From the IMG/VR virus record IMGVR_UViG_3300045972_000807, positions 107,757 through 171,756 of that record: DNA of 64,000 nucleotides, one strand, 5' to 3'. The position numbers and the translations under genes are program-made. This document shows positions 8,513 through 17,316 of the stretch, piece by piece. Position 1 is the first letter of the stretch; each line of letters starts with the position of its first letter. This stretch comes from a virus. The notes under the pieces are model-generated. The model was not told the origin of the DNA, ran no database searches, and saw nothing but the letters and a program-made list of their open reading frames with translations.

Positions 8513-8801
8513 ACCGTACGTTACGGAGTACAACGCTGAGCACTACAATGCTCAGACGCCGATGACAAAGAAAGAGTTCCTGAAGTTGCAACCCGGAACA
8601 TGGCTTGAAATTAGGTGGTTGGACGGGCCTAACAGCGTTGTCCTGCTTCTTGAAAAGCCTAAGCGCAACGCAGGTGACATTACGTTTACTTGCTGGTCGC
8701 CTACACCGACAATTCAAGGCACTACGCTTGAGTCCTCGCAGGTTATCAGGGTACAGGGCAAAGTTAAAGTGCCTGAGATTATTTGTGGGAACTGCGGCTA
8801 G
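8487..8801 (+). CDS. hypothetical protein, paralog of 46015..46281
   Basis: Shared TK.E...PGTW....W.D....LLLE.....GDIT...Q...V...V.VPE. Confidence 0.7.
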   Translation: MKKTIQTVLPYVTEYNAEHYNAQTPMTKKEFLKLQPGTWLEIRWLDGPNSVVLLLEKPKRNAGDITFTCWSPTPTIQGTTLESSQVIRVQGKVKVPEIICGNCG

Positions 8802-8891
8802 TCCTACTGCGAGTGCGAAGAAGAGTAAGTGATAGACGGTGGGTAAGGAATTCAAGAGCTTTACCCACCGGTTAACAAACCTAATTGGAGA

Positions 8892-9377
8892 ATGAAAATG
8901 GCAAAGATTGAACACAACAAAATAGTTTATGCAGACCACTCTGTAGTTTGTGATCTGGAAGTTTACACACCAGATTACATGCAGGCAGTGCTCGAGCTGC
9001 TTTCAGAAGATGGTTCTGCGGAAGACCATACGGACGAGCTGGACGCAAATAACAACGATGGGTCCTGGACCATCGAAGTGTCAGTTTTAACTAAAAATCA
9101 GATCAAGCTGATAAAACAAAAAGCTATAGCAGCTTCAGGAATGGTGGGTACCAACGTAGCCATTCAGCCAGTAGATTGGGGTGCTTACAACTGCTTCAAA
9201 GCCCCTGCGTATTCCATTCATTTTTGCGCTGACTTGGGTGAAACAGCCGGCGAGGTATTCGCTAACTATTTGACTAAGTATCAAATAGAGTTTACCCTTA
9301 TTCATCAGTATCACGCACTGTTGGTACTGCCCATAGATAGCTGGATTAAGTTTCTGGCTTTCACTGACGGCCTATAG
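8892..9377 (+). CDS. hypothetical protein
   Basis: GGAG SD. Confidence 0.7.
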   Translation: MKMAKIEHNKIVYADHSVVCDLEVYTPDYMQAVLELLSEDGSAEDHTDELDANNNDGSWTIEVSVLTKNQIKLIKQKAIAASGMVGTNVAIQPVDWGAYNCFKAPAYSIHFCADLGETAGEVFANYLTKYQIEFTLIHQYHALLVLPIDSWIKFLAFTDGL

Positions 9378-9562
9378 TGAACAAAAAGGTTTACTTTAGC
9401 TTTATGGATGTCTTCTGGTCTTGTACCGAAGAGCAAATGCAGAAGCTTGAGGACGAGCTCTACAAGGGTGAAGGTGTTGACCCTGAAGAGCTCGGATGCA
9501 GGCAACTAAAAGGTCGGCCGCCAGTGCCGATCTACCAGGTTCGTCAGATCAATGATCGTTAA
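9377..9562 (+). CDS. hypothetical protein
   Basis: GTG overlapping the upstream TAG. Confidence 0.55.
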   Translation: MNKKVYFSFMDVFWSCTEEQMQKLEDELYKGEGVDPEELGCRQLKGRPPVPIYQVRQINDR

Positions 9563-9577
9563 AACGGGAGTAACAAA

Positions 9578-9865
9578 ATGAGCACAGAGAAACTTATTGA
9601 GGCCCTAAAGGCTGTAGAGGTTGACGCTTCGGTTGAAGCAAAAACATGGCTGACTGACGATGAAGGCGGGACACTTCCCAAGTCTATTGCAACTGCTTTG
9701 CAACTGGCTGACGAAGAGCTTATCGACAGTAAAGGCGGCTGCAACTTTCCCGCTCACCGCACTCTTGAAGCAGCAGGTTTTCCTGTTAGCTGCGGTGAGC
9801 GTGATTCGTTCGGCTGGCTTACCGGCGTTATTCGTACCCGCAAGGGCAACATTGTTTACGGTTAA
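9578..9865 (+). CDS. hypothetical phage protein
   Basis: GGAG SD; C-terminal GE.DSFGWL.G.I.T.KG.IVYG. Confidence 0.75.
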   Translation: MSTEKLIEALKAVEVDASVEAKTWLTDDEGGTLPKSIATALQLADEELIDSKGGCNFPAHRTLEAAGFPVSCGERDSFGWLTGVIRTRKGNIVYG

Positions 9866-9878
9866 AAGGAGAACAGAC

Positions 9879-10064
9879 ATGCTCTACACAAAACGCAATC
9901 TGGTTATTCTTATTTCAGCAATCGTGCTTCTGATGCTTAACGTGGCTATCACGTTTGGGCTTTTCGAGCTGGGCGTTCCGGTTGTCGTAACAAGCCTCAT
10001 ACTGGTTGTGCTGGACATAGCGGCAGCCAAGTTCCTTTCATTCAAACTTAACGGGAGAGCCTAA
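9879..10064 (+). CDS. two-TM small membrane protein
   Basis: AGGAG SD before MLYTKR; two hydrophobic helices. Confidence 0.65.
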   Translation: MLYTKRNLVILISAIVLLMLNVAITFGLFELGVPVVVTSLILVVLDIAAAKFLSFKLNGRA

Positions 10065-10065
10065 C

Positions 10066-10362
10066 ATGGGCGCACGTATCATTATAGAGTTGCAGGGACT
10101 CTTGAATAACCCTGATGTGCATATCACCTTTGCCTGCGAGGTCCTTAAAGGCCAAGACGATACCGAAAAGGATTCGGTTAACCAACGCGCTAAAGTTAAC
10201 TTCTTGTCCAACGAGAAAATTCACTGGTTCGATGTTGTGAGCTACAACAGTAAGGTCAGCCTGGAAGCTGACTTCAACTTCTTCCGTAACGAAGACGGCC
10301 ACAAGTGGCTCATGCGCTGCCTGTTTGAGGCAAGCGTTCCCTTCACAGTTATCCCAGGCTAA
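10066..10362 (+). CDS. hypothetical protein
   Basis: GGAG SD. Confidence 0.7.
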   Translation: MGARIIIELQGLLNNPDVHITFACEVLKGQDDTEKDSVNQRAKVNFLSNEKIHWFDVVSYNSKVSLEADFNFFRNEDGHKWLMRCLFEASVPFTVIPG

Positions 10363-10544
10363 GGGTGAGTCCAATGAAAAGAAGATTACTTTTTGCAGCC
10401 GGGTTCTTAGCCATATTCTGGGTAGGCTTTTCAGCAGGGCTAACCTTCGGTGAAGATAGAACTGTTAAGAACTGCGAAAGACACGGTGAAGCTACTTTTG
10501 CCAATGGCAGTATTCGGTGCCTACCTACTTCAAGGGACTAGATC

Positions 10545-11126
10545 ATGCGAAGCCATAAACGACTTATGATGGACGCGGCGAAGATTCGCCCCATTCAGAA
10601 AAGGCTCCTAGAGCATTCAGACAACGGCTGGGTGTTTGAAGCTGTTAGCGACTCTAAGGGTTTTGCAACTTACAAGAACCGCGAGGTTGCCTACGCCTTG
10701 TGGGTAGACGATAACTTAGAGGTCCATGTCCTTGTTAACGGCAAGGACCTGGGCGTTGTCACAAGCCGCAGCACAGTGTCGCACCTTATCTGGTGCTACA
10801 TGAAGGACACTCAAATGTCTAAAAATGTGCCTAAGGTCATACGCGGAAAAGACTATGGGCTGTGCCCCAAGCTCAAGACGATGGTCCTGAAACGCTTGCA
10901 TCACGATCTCTGCGAGGTGCGTTTTGTAAAGGCCGATGACACTATACGGATTATGCTTTGCACGCTGTTGCCCACGTTTATGCCTGACGAAGACTACGAC
11001 GGCATCAGCTATGAGACAATGAAGAAGCGTGAAAACAACCCATACCTTGTTACGGTGTGGGACGTGGAAAAGATGGCGTTCCGTTCCTTCACGCTGGAAC
11101 GCTTTTTGAGACTGACGGTTATTTAA
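10545..11126 (+). CDS. protein with C-terminal WYL_2/Sm-like SH3 barrel domain
   Basis: EVRFVKADDTIRIMLCTL...VWDVEKMAFRSF matches the WYL_2 pattern (F.K.DG..R.M..TL...WD.E...WRSF). Confidence 0.75.
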   Translation: MRSHKRLMMDAAKIRPIQKRLLEHSDNGWVFEAVSDSKGFATYKNREVAYALWVDDNLEVHVLVNGKDLGVVTSRSTVSHLIWCYMKDTQMSKNVPKVIRGKDYGLCPKLKTMVLKRLHHDLCEVRFVKADDTIRIMLCTLLPTFMPDEDYDGISYETMKKRENNPYLVTVWDVEKMAFRSFTLERFLRLTVI

Positions 11127-11140
11127 CGAAAGGAAAACTT

Positions 11141-11434
11141 ATGGAAGAAATTCCCTTTAAAGAGGTTACAGTTACCCTGCAACTCAAGCAATGGGTTCTG
11201 TTGCTGAATCAGCTTGAGAGCGCTACAACGCTTAGAAAGCTGACATTGGACACTAGCAACCTGGCATCCAGGTCTCCAGAGGACTTGGAAGACTTAGCTG
11301 CTGAGGTCAAGTGTCTAGCTGACATTAGCTACTGCCTTGTCCTGATAGATCAGCAAGGCGACCTAGGTAAATCCAGACGTCAATATCTGGAAGAAGCGTT
11401 TCCTGGAATCAACAAACTCACTAACGGAGAATAG
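11141..11434 (+). CDS. hypothetical protein
   Basis: AAGGA SD before MEEIPF. Confidence 0.65.
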   Translation: MEEIPFKEVTVTLQLKQWVLLLNQLESATTLRKLTLDTSNLASRSPEDLEDLAAEVKCLADISYCLVLIDQQGDLGKSRRQYLEEAFPGINKLTNGE

Positions 11435-11594
11435 CATGAAAATTAAGATATACGACGTTACCGTTTCCTACGGTTCTTGGGTTCACAAGTACCCCATGTG
11501 CGCCTGCAGCAGTTGTGGCGCCATTATCAAAGCAATGGACTTTTATGGAGAGCATGTGCGGATTAGCGCAAAGCCCCGTAAGTAAGCACCAGCG

Positions 11595-11636
11595 AAAAGC
11601 CCGCGTAGCACAAGATGCTACGCGGGCTTTTTTTTT
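11595..11636. terminator. bidirectional intrinsic terminator between convergent early and late blocks
   Basis: AAAAGCCCGCGTAGCA-CAAGA-TGCTACGCGGGCTTTTTTTTT. Confidence 0.95.
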
Positions 11637-11649
11637 GCTTCAGCGTTTA

Positions 11650-13482
11650 CTAGAACGCTTGCCCACTGTTCTGGGCATAGCCGTCTAGAAACTTTTCAGC
11701 CAGGCGCTTTGTAACCGGCCCACCTTCACGGTCAATATGGTTACCCTCATCGTCAATGAGGTCGTCTTTGTCTCTGGGCTTAACGGTGTCCGGAGCCTTT
11801 GTAGGATCAGTGGGCGTATGCTCGCTTTCCGCGACTATAACGGCGCTCTGAATAGAGTTGTCCGTCCGCATCATCTTCTCTAAGTATGCAGGCACAGGCA
11901 AACCAAAGAACTCAAAGAACTGAACCTGTGAGGCAAAGTCGATGTAGTTCTTCAGAGAGGTCATAGGCTGCGTAGAGATGTTGCCTTGTGCATCAGTCTT
12001 TATGTGACCCAGCTTTTTGCCCACCATCGTGGCAATCTTCAAAACCATCTCAACGGCCTTCTTCTCGTCTACCTTCTTCCCAGCCATAGTCTCTTGGATT
12101 TTCTGGGCTTCGATGTTAAACAAGCCGGTGCCGGCCACGGTACGGAGTTTGTGGATGTTAGCCCCACCGGTCAAACTCTTGAAGTAAGACGTTACTGCCC
12201 CGTAGCGAACAGGCTTCCAGGTACCGTTTAGCTTTTCAATAGAGAACACAGGGTCTTTAGGACCTTTGCCCTCTACTAACTTTGCCATTACTTCGCAGAT
12301 GATCTTGTCTTTGGCGTTGCCAGGCTTCAATACAAACTTGAATTGGACAGCGTCCTTGCCTCGATAAGAGATCAGTACGCTGTGGTCAGGTCGCACAGTA
12401 ACGTGCTTGGCCAAGATGGAGCACATCCCGAAGCCTTGAGAACCCTCATTACCACCAGCAACGGAACCAGCACGGTCACTGCTAAGATACAGCAGTTCAA
12501 TAACAACCGAAGCGACCGCATTAACGTCACCATACTGAAACGGGCTCTTGACGTTCTGGAGCCACTTCTTGCGGTACTTTTCAATATTCTTGATAAGAGC
12601 ATTAGCTACCTCGTATTTGTGATTCCAGCTATTTTCAGAATGCTCTTTGGAATAGACGTAGGCGTATTCACCGTTAGGCTTATTGGCCTTGCAAATCCAG
12701 TCTGCGGTTCCGTCAGCTTTGGTCTTCATCGTAACCGTGGTGTACACGGGATACTTAGGAACGTTACCAAGCATTTTGCCGTCGTTGGTGTACCAGTTGC
12801 CTTCAGCATCAATAAGGCCAGTGAAGCCAGTAGGGATAGAGTGCTGAATGCCTAACTGGGCCAAATGGTCCAGCGCCTGCTGGCAAGGAACTGTTTTCTT
12901 TCCCGACTCTTTGACGTAGTTGCTAAGCTCATTCTTCCAGGACATGGAGTGAGCACGGCGCAACGCAAGGTACTGCTTATACAGATCAGGATCCTGCGTC
13001 TTAGCTTCCATTGCTTCATCCGGTGTTAGCACCGTCTTGCCTTTGAAGCCCATCTTGGCACAAAGGCTCTTAAGGTCTTTCTGGACCAACGTTTGGTCCG
13101 GAGCATCTTCCGTTATCATAGAACGGATGTAGGAAGACTCGCAACGGCTTGATATTTTTGCCAAGTATTTGTGGGAGCTACTGCTTTGATTCTTAAACCA
13201 CTTAGCAAACTGCTCAACCACATCAGCGAAAGAAGCCTTCGCATGAGGCTTCTTAGCGTACTCGTCAATCATCTCCTTCAGGGAGATAGACAGTGCCAAC
13301 AGGTCAACGCTTTCACCGCGGCTCATTGCCTGGATAACATCGTCCAGGTATGGCGTCATTGTGAGGAGCTCAGCTGACTTTGTGTGGGCTTCTTTGATGA
13401 TCGTAATACCCTCTTTAGAGGGCCTAGCGTTTCCTGAGATATGGTAAATCAGGATTACGTAGAGTAGTTCGACAAAATTCAT
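11650..13482 (-). CDS. type IB DNA topoisomerase with long N-terminal extension
   Basis: Catalytic pentad in order: DRAGS (R), YRGKDA (K), HKLRTVAGT (R), KKLGH (H), SLKNYID (Y). Confidence 0.8.
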   Translation of the reverse strand: MNFVELLYVILIYHISGNARPSKEGITIIKEAHTKSAELLTMTPYLDDVIQAMSRGESVDLLALSISLKEMIDEYAKKPHAKASFADVVEQFAKWFKNQSSSSHKYLAKISSRCESSYIRSMITEDAPDQTLVQKDLKSLCAKMGFKGKTVLTPDEAMEAKTQDPDLYKQYLALRRAHSMSWKNELSNYVKESGKKTVPCQQALDHLAQLGIQHSIPTGFTGLIDAEGNWYTNDGKMLGNVPKYPVYTTVTMKTKADGTADWICKANKPNGEYAYVYSKEHSENSWNHKYEVANALIKNIEKYRKKWLQNVKSPFQYGDVNAVASVVIELLYLSSDRAGSVAGGNEGSQGFGMCSILAKHVTVRPDHSVLISYRGKDAVQFKFVLKPGNAKDKIICEVMAKLVEGKGPKDPVFSIEKLNGTWKPVRYGAVTSYFKSLTGGANIHKLRTVAGTGLFNIEAQKIQETMAGKKVDEKKAVEMVLKIATMVGKKLGHIKTDAQGNISTQPMTSLKNYIDFASQVQFFEFFGLPVPAYLEKMMRTDNSIQSAVIVAESEHTPTDPTKAPDTVKPRDKDDLIDDEGNHIDREGGPVTKRLAEKFLDGYAQNSGQAF

Positions 13483-13826
13483 AGCTCAATATCCTTCTGC
13501 ACTGTGGTGCCTATAGTCAGCACGCCCACTGCTGCGTTGTAATTGACAAACGTCTTTTCGCCCGTAGGCTCAATCAGCATACCGCCGGCACAAAAGGCAA
13601 CGGGACGATCTACGGTGACGAAGTCGATGTTACCTAGCAGCTTAACTACTTCCTTATGCTTTCCGATCTTGCAGCCCACAACCGAAAAGGCCCACTTACC
13701 TGAGGAAGGGTGCTTCAAAGGCGCTCCGAAAGGTCCCAGCACAGCCTTGAGTTCAGAGATAAGCTGCGCCACTAAAGCACGAGGATCTAGTGGCGCATTT
13801 TTGGAAGTTAGGCGTTTTATGGACAT
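13479..13826 (-). CDS. hypothetical protein
   Basis: ATGA overlap with the topoisomerase start. Confidence 0.65.
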   Translation of the reverse strand: MSIKRLTSKNAPLDPRALVAQLISELKAVLGPFGAPLKHPSSGKWAFSVVGCKIGKHKEVVKLLGNIDFVTVDRPVAFCAGGMLIEPTGEKTFVNYNAAVGVLTIGTTVQKDIEL

Positions 13827-13843
13827 GATGCTATTAAATTGAT

Positions 13844-14869
13844 CTATCCAAAGAACTTCTTGTACTTGTTAGAACGCACGGTCATTACGCTGTAGACGTG
13901 CTCTCGGTTTATGTCGCAGGCACTACGGTTGCCGTAGATAGGTTGGGTAGACTTGCTGCACGACTTCTCTACATTGCCGAACCACACCTTAGGGTTGCAC
14001 GTAGAAATCAGCTGGCACTTGCGTCTATCTTGTGACAGCCCACCGTAGCCACCGTTGTAGGAAGCGTCCGTGAAGGCCAGTTTGTCTTTGTCAAGAGCAT
14101 CAGGTACTACACGAAGGACACTGGTATAGCTATCGTGTTCCTGAAGTACCATAGCACGCAGCTGTAGATCAGGGCGGGTATAAACGGTATCCCAGGTAAG
14201 GCCTGAAAGCTGTACCGGGTACTTGGAAGTCATTCCCTTGAGTGCGTCCATCCGTGTGTTGCCATTGGCATCATAGGCCCGCGTGATCTGTCCCAGACCT
14301 GCACCTTCCTCGCGAGAAGTCTTGAGTTGCGATTTTGGATTCCAGCACGACTTGTACGTTAAAGAGACACACGACTCCTGCTCTACAAGGCCACCCAGCA
14401 AATACGGCATGGTATGATCCGCCCAGTAGAGCTTTTGTTGCTTCACAAGGGTGGGCGCGTACACGTTAGCATTCTCGGGTATGTACGTCTGAACGTCTAT
14501 CCTAACCGCTGCATGTGCTTTACTGCCAAACATCAGCAGCAAAGCTGCCATCACTATAGCAATAGCTATCAAAGCCATGCCTGAGCCTTCAGGAGACTCT
14601 TGAGACTTTCGGAACATACGCTGAAGGTTCATCTCAGGGAAGTCAAACATAGACTTCCAGATCAGGTGGGTAACGCCTACTGCAAGCATACCGCTTGCAA
14701 TACCCAGCACGATCATCAGAGTGCTGGCACCTTTGTCGGGGTCTGTGAAGTACAGCACTGCGATGAGGATGAGGATGAGAACAAACAGCGCAACCGTATG
14801 GTGCTTGCGGTACTTCTTTTCCACTTCTTTGATCTCGTCATCGAGGCCGTCTTTAAGATTAATGTTCAT
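13844..14869 (-). CDS. endolysin: lytic transglycosylase fused to a three-TM N-terminal domain
   Basis: Three hydrophobic helices, AHA|A signal-peptidase-like site, then VEQES...WNP...GAGLGQIT...ASYNGG. Confidence 0.8.
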   Translation of the reverse strand: MNINLKDGLDDEIKEVEKKYRKHHTVALFVLILILIAVLYFTDPDKGASTLMIVLGIASGMLAVGVTHLIWKSMFDFPEMNLQRMFRKSQESPEGSGMALIAIAIVMAALLLMFGSKAHAAVRIDVQTYIPENANVYAPTLVKQQKLYWADHTMPYLLGGLVEQESCVSLTYKSCWNPKSQLKTSREEGAGLGQITRAYDANGNTRMDALKGMTSKYPVQLSGLTWDTVYTRPDLQLRAMVLQEHDSYTSVLRVVPDALDKDKLAFTDASYNGGYGGLSQDRRKCQLISTCNPKVWFGNVEKSCSKSTQPIYGNRSACDINREHVYSVMTVRSNKYKKFFG

Positions 14870-14888
14870 AGCTATATGCTCCTGTGGT

Positions 14889-15305
14889 TTAGGCCGTTGT
14901 ATTAGGTGGAGGGGGAGTTCCCGAAGGTAAATCCCTAGCAGGTAGGTCGTCAGGAATGCTCCACTTATTCAGGGGGCAATCTGAACCCTTAAAGGACGCT
15001 TTAAACAATACAAAGCACTTGCACTTTCCGCATTGATCGAAACCCGCAAAGGTGGTTAGCTCGGGGCACGCTTTACATATAGCCAAGCGCTCCTTTTTTG
15101 TAAGAGCATCTGTTCTGCGCTCCGGGGGAGTTTGCTCAACCCGTTCGTCCATGTGTGCCTGGGTCAGTTCCATGTCTGGGGCGTAACCAACTCGTTCAAC
15201 GATAACAGCTTCAGGAACAAACAAGGTAGCCTCAATTGTGTTAACCCTGTTGGGTATAACGTGGACTAAGTCCGTACTCGATACGTTTACAATTTCTTCA
15301 GTCAT
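14889..15305 (-). CDS. Cys-rich small protein (DUF6171-like), fibre-associated
   Basis: ERLAICKACP...CGKCKCF...K....CPLNKW. Confidence 0.6.
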   Translation of the reverse strand: MTEEIVNVSSTDLVHVIPNRVNTIEATLFVPEAVIVERVGYAPDMELTQAHMDERVEQTPPERRTDALTKKERLAICKACPELTTFAGFDQCGKCKCFVLFKASFKGSDCPLNKWSIPDDLPARDLPSGTPPPPNTTA

Positions 15306-15324
15306 TTATTTTGCTCCTTCAGTT

Positions 15325-17289
15325 TTACCATTGAAGCTGTACGAATCCAGCTCCACCATACCCGTTAGGGTCATCTCGGCGTTCGTCACCAGCACCGCCA
15401 CCGCCACCTCCAAGTGTACCTGGGTATCCGTCATGCGGCTGGTAAGGAGAGCCTACCCCTCCTTGACCACCTGCACCGTACGACGCGCCACCGCCGCCAC
15501 CACCACCCGAGTAGTATCCAGAAGCACCTCCCGGACCGCCCAGTGCGTATCTAGTATTGCTTCCAGCATGACCTGGGCCACAGCCGTAGTCGTTACCGCC
15601 ACCACCCGCGGCACCTGCAGTAAGTATAGGTAACAACAGTCCTAAGCTAGACACTATACCACCTCCGGCTCCGCCGGCTGTATTTCCTTGCGCGCCACCG
15701 CCACCGCCGCCCAGGTACACGTCAACAGTTCCATACCCGTTAGTAATGCGAGTAGCACCACCCGCACCACCCGCACCACCGTTGCTGCCAGATGGACATC
15801 CACCGCCACCTCCACCAACAACTATAGTAAGAGTATCACCGGGGACAACCTTAAATCCACCCGAAGCTACTGCACCGCCACCGCCACCGCCTCCTCCCCA
15901 ACCAGAGCACGAAGTGTCGCAACAGTTTCCAGCACCACCCCCTCCGCCCCCACCGGAGGCAAGCAGAACTACGTTACGCATTTCTACAGGAACAGTTATG
16001 TAGTAGGTACCCGGAGTGTTTTGGTACCAGTATCCGCTAAGCTGTGTGCTGATCGTGTAGTCACCAGTTCTAGGGACTACAAGCACACCGTAAGGGTCAA
16101 TTGTGAGGCATGCTCTGCCTTGGTACCTGAATACAAGGTTGGCCCCTTCCTGAGTAACTGTCCAGTCTACGGTTCCTAGTGTCTTTAATGCTTGCTGAAC
16201 CGCAGTAACTGCGGCTTGAGCAGCAGCAATCTGATTAGTTACCTGCAAGTTCATGTCAGCCAGCGCTCTGTTCATATCGAACTTGGCCTGAGCCAACTGC
16301 TGATTGATTAAAGCCTCTTCATCGGTTAAGCTTTGATTCAAAAGATTCATCTCGTCAGCCAACGTCTGCGTCAACAAACTAATAGCCGAATTTAGCGCGT
16401 CTGTTTGCGCCTTATCTTTTTGTTCTATGACTGTCTCAAGGAACACATAGTCTGACAATGTGGTCTCACGAGCTAGCAACATCACCGTGGCACCTGCCGC
16501 CAAGCCTGTTATGGGGTACGTAAGGTTAGCCACACCTGGGCTGCCTGAAGCTATAACGCGAACGTTACCCAGCATATCCTGCATCAGGAAGTCACCTGGT
16601 AAGAACGCCGCGTCCATAAGATTAAACGCTGGGCCGTTAAGGGTAACGCCGTCATTTTCTACAGAAGCCAAGATTCCAGAGTCAACTTGAAGGTAGTTGG
16701 CTACGTTCCACTGCATTCCGTTAGACGCGGTAAGGAACAAGCTGTTGTTACCGTTAACCGCTTCCATAACGATAAGGGCGTCAGGCTGGCCTGGGAGAAA
16801 TCGCTGACCAGTTACGTTGTTGGTTGAGCCCACAACCTCAATTACGCCGGGTGTTCCCGTGATAACCTGAATAACCGAAGGCGACATTCCGATGTTCAGA
16901 ACACAATGAAAGGTAAGGGCGTTAGCAACACCCGAGGCAGCACTCGCCTTTGTCTGGAGTGCTCCGAAAGCTGCCAAGGCGAATAGTGTGCCGTCGCTGA
17001 GGTACAGTGCTATCTCACCAAACGTAAACGGGCCAGCGGTAGCCGGGACAATACAGACAATGTCCCTAGTTATTTCGCTAAGCATGTTCCAGCTTGAAGG
17101 AGCATCCGAGTATACCTCAGTGCCGTGAATGATCGTGTCATTCAACCCCGGAGTATAGTTGTACCCAGTACCCAAGGTGAACCTAGTAATGGATATAGAT
17201 AAGCCTTGACCTTGTGCCAGCATGGCTGCGTTGAGGCCAGCCTGCGTTATCGTAAACGCTGACGGTGCTATTGTGCTTGATGTAGCCAT
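15325..17289 (-). CDS. tail fibre (collar-fibre N-terminus, coiled coil, glycine-rich tip)
   Basis: ITQAGLNAA...GPFTFGEIALY...LFA baseplate anchor; polyglycine C-terminal domain. Confidence 0.85.
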   Translation of the reverse strand: MATSSTIAPSAFTITQAGLNAAMLAQGQGLSISITRFTLGTGYNYTPGLNDTIIHGTEVYSDAPSSWNMLSEITRDIVCIVPATAGPFTFGEIALYLSDGTLFALAAFGALQTKASAASGVANALTFHCVLNIGMSPSVIQVITGTPGVIEVVGSTNNVTGQRFLPGQPDALIVMEAVNGNNSLFLTASNGMQWNVANYLQVDSGILASVENDGVTLNGPAFNLMDAAFLPGDFLMQDMLGNVRVIASGSPGVANLTYPITGLAAGATVMLLARETTLSDYVFLETVIEQKDKAQTDALNSAISLLTQTLADEMNLLNQSLTDEEALINQQLAQAKFDMNRALADMNLQVTNQIAAAQAAVTAVQQALKTLGTVDWTVTQEGANLVFRYQGRACLTIDPYGVLVVPRTGDYTISTQLSGYWYQNTPGTYYITVPVEMRNVVLLASGGGGGGGAGNCCDTSCSGWGGGGGGGGAVASGGFKVVPGDTLTIVVGGGGGGCPSGSNGGAGGAGGATRITNGYGTVDVYLGGGGGGAQGNTAGGAGGGIVSSLGLLLPILTAGAAGGGGNDYGCGPGHAGSNTRYALGGPGGASGYYSGGGGGGGASYGAGGQGGVGSPYQPHDGYPGTLGGGGGGAGDERRDDPNGYGGAGFVQLQW

Positions 17290-17316
17290 TTTATGTTTCC
17301 TGTTGTTCCACTTAAA

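Noticed and set aside
11650-13482. Protelomerase or tyrosine integrase interpretation
   Set aside because: Motif context (RxG, GK, K.RT..GT, YID) fits TopIB; no long telomere palindrome or att site was seen nearby
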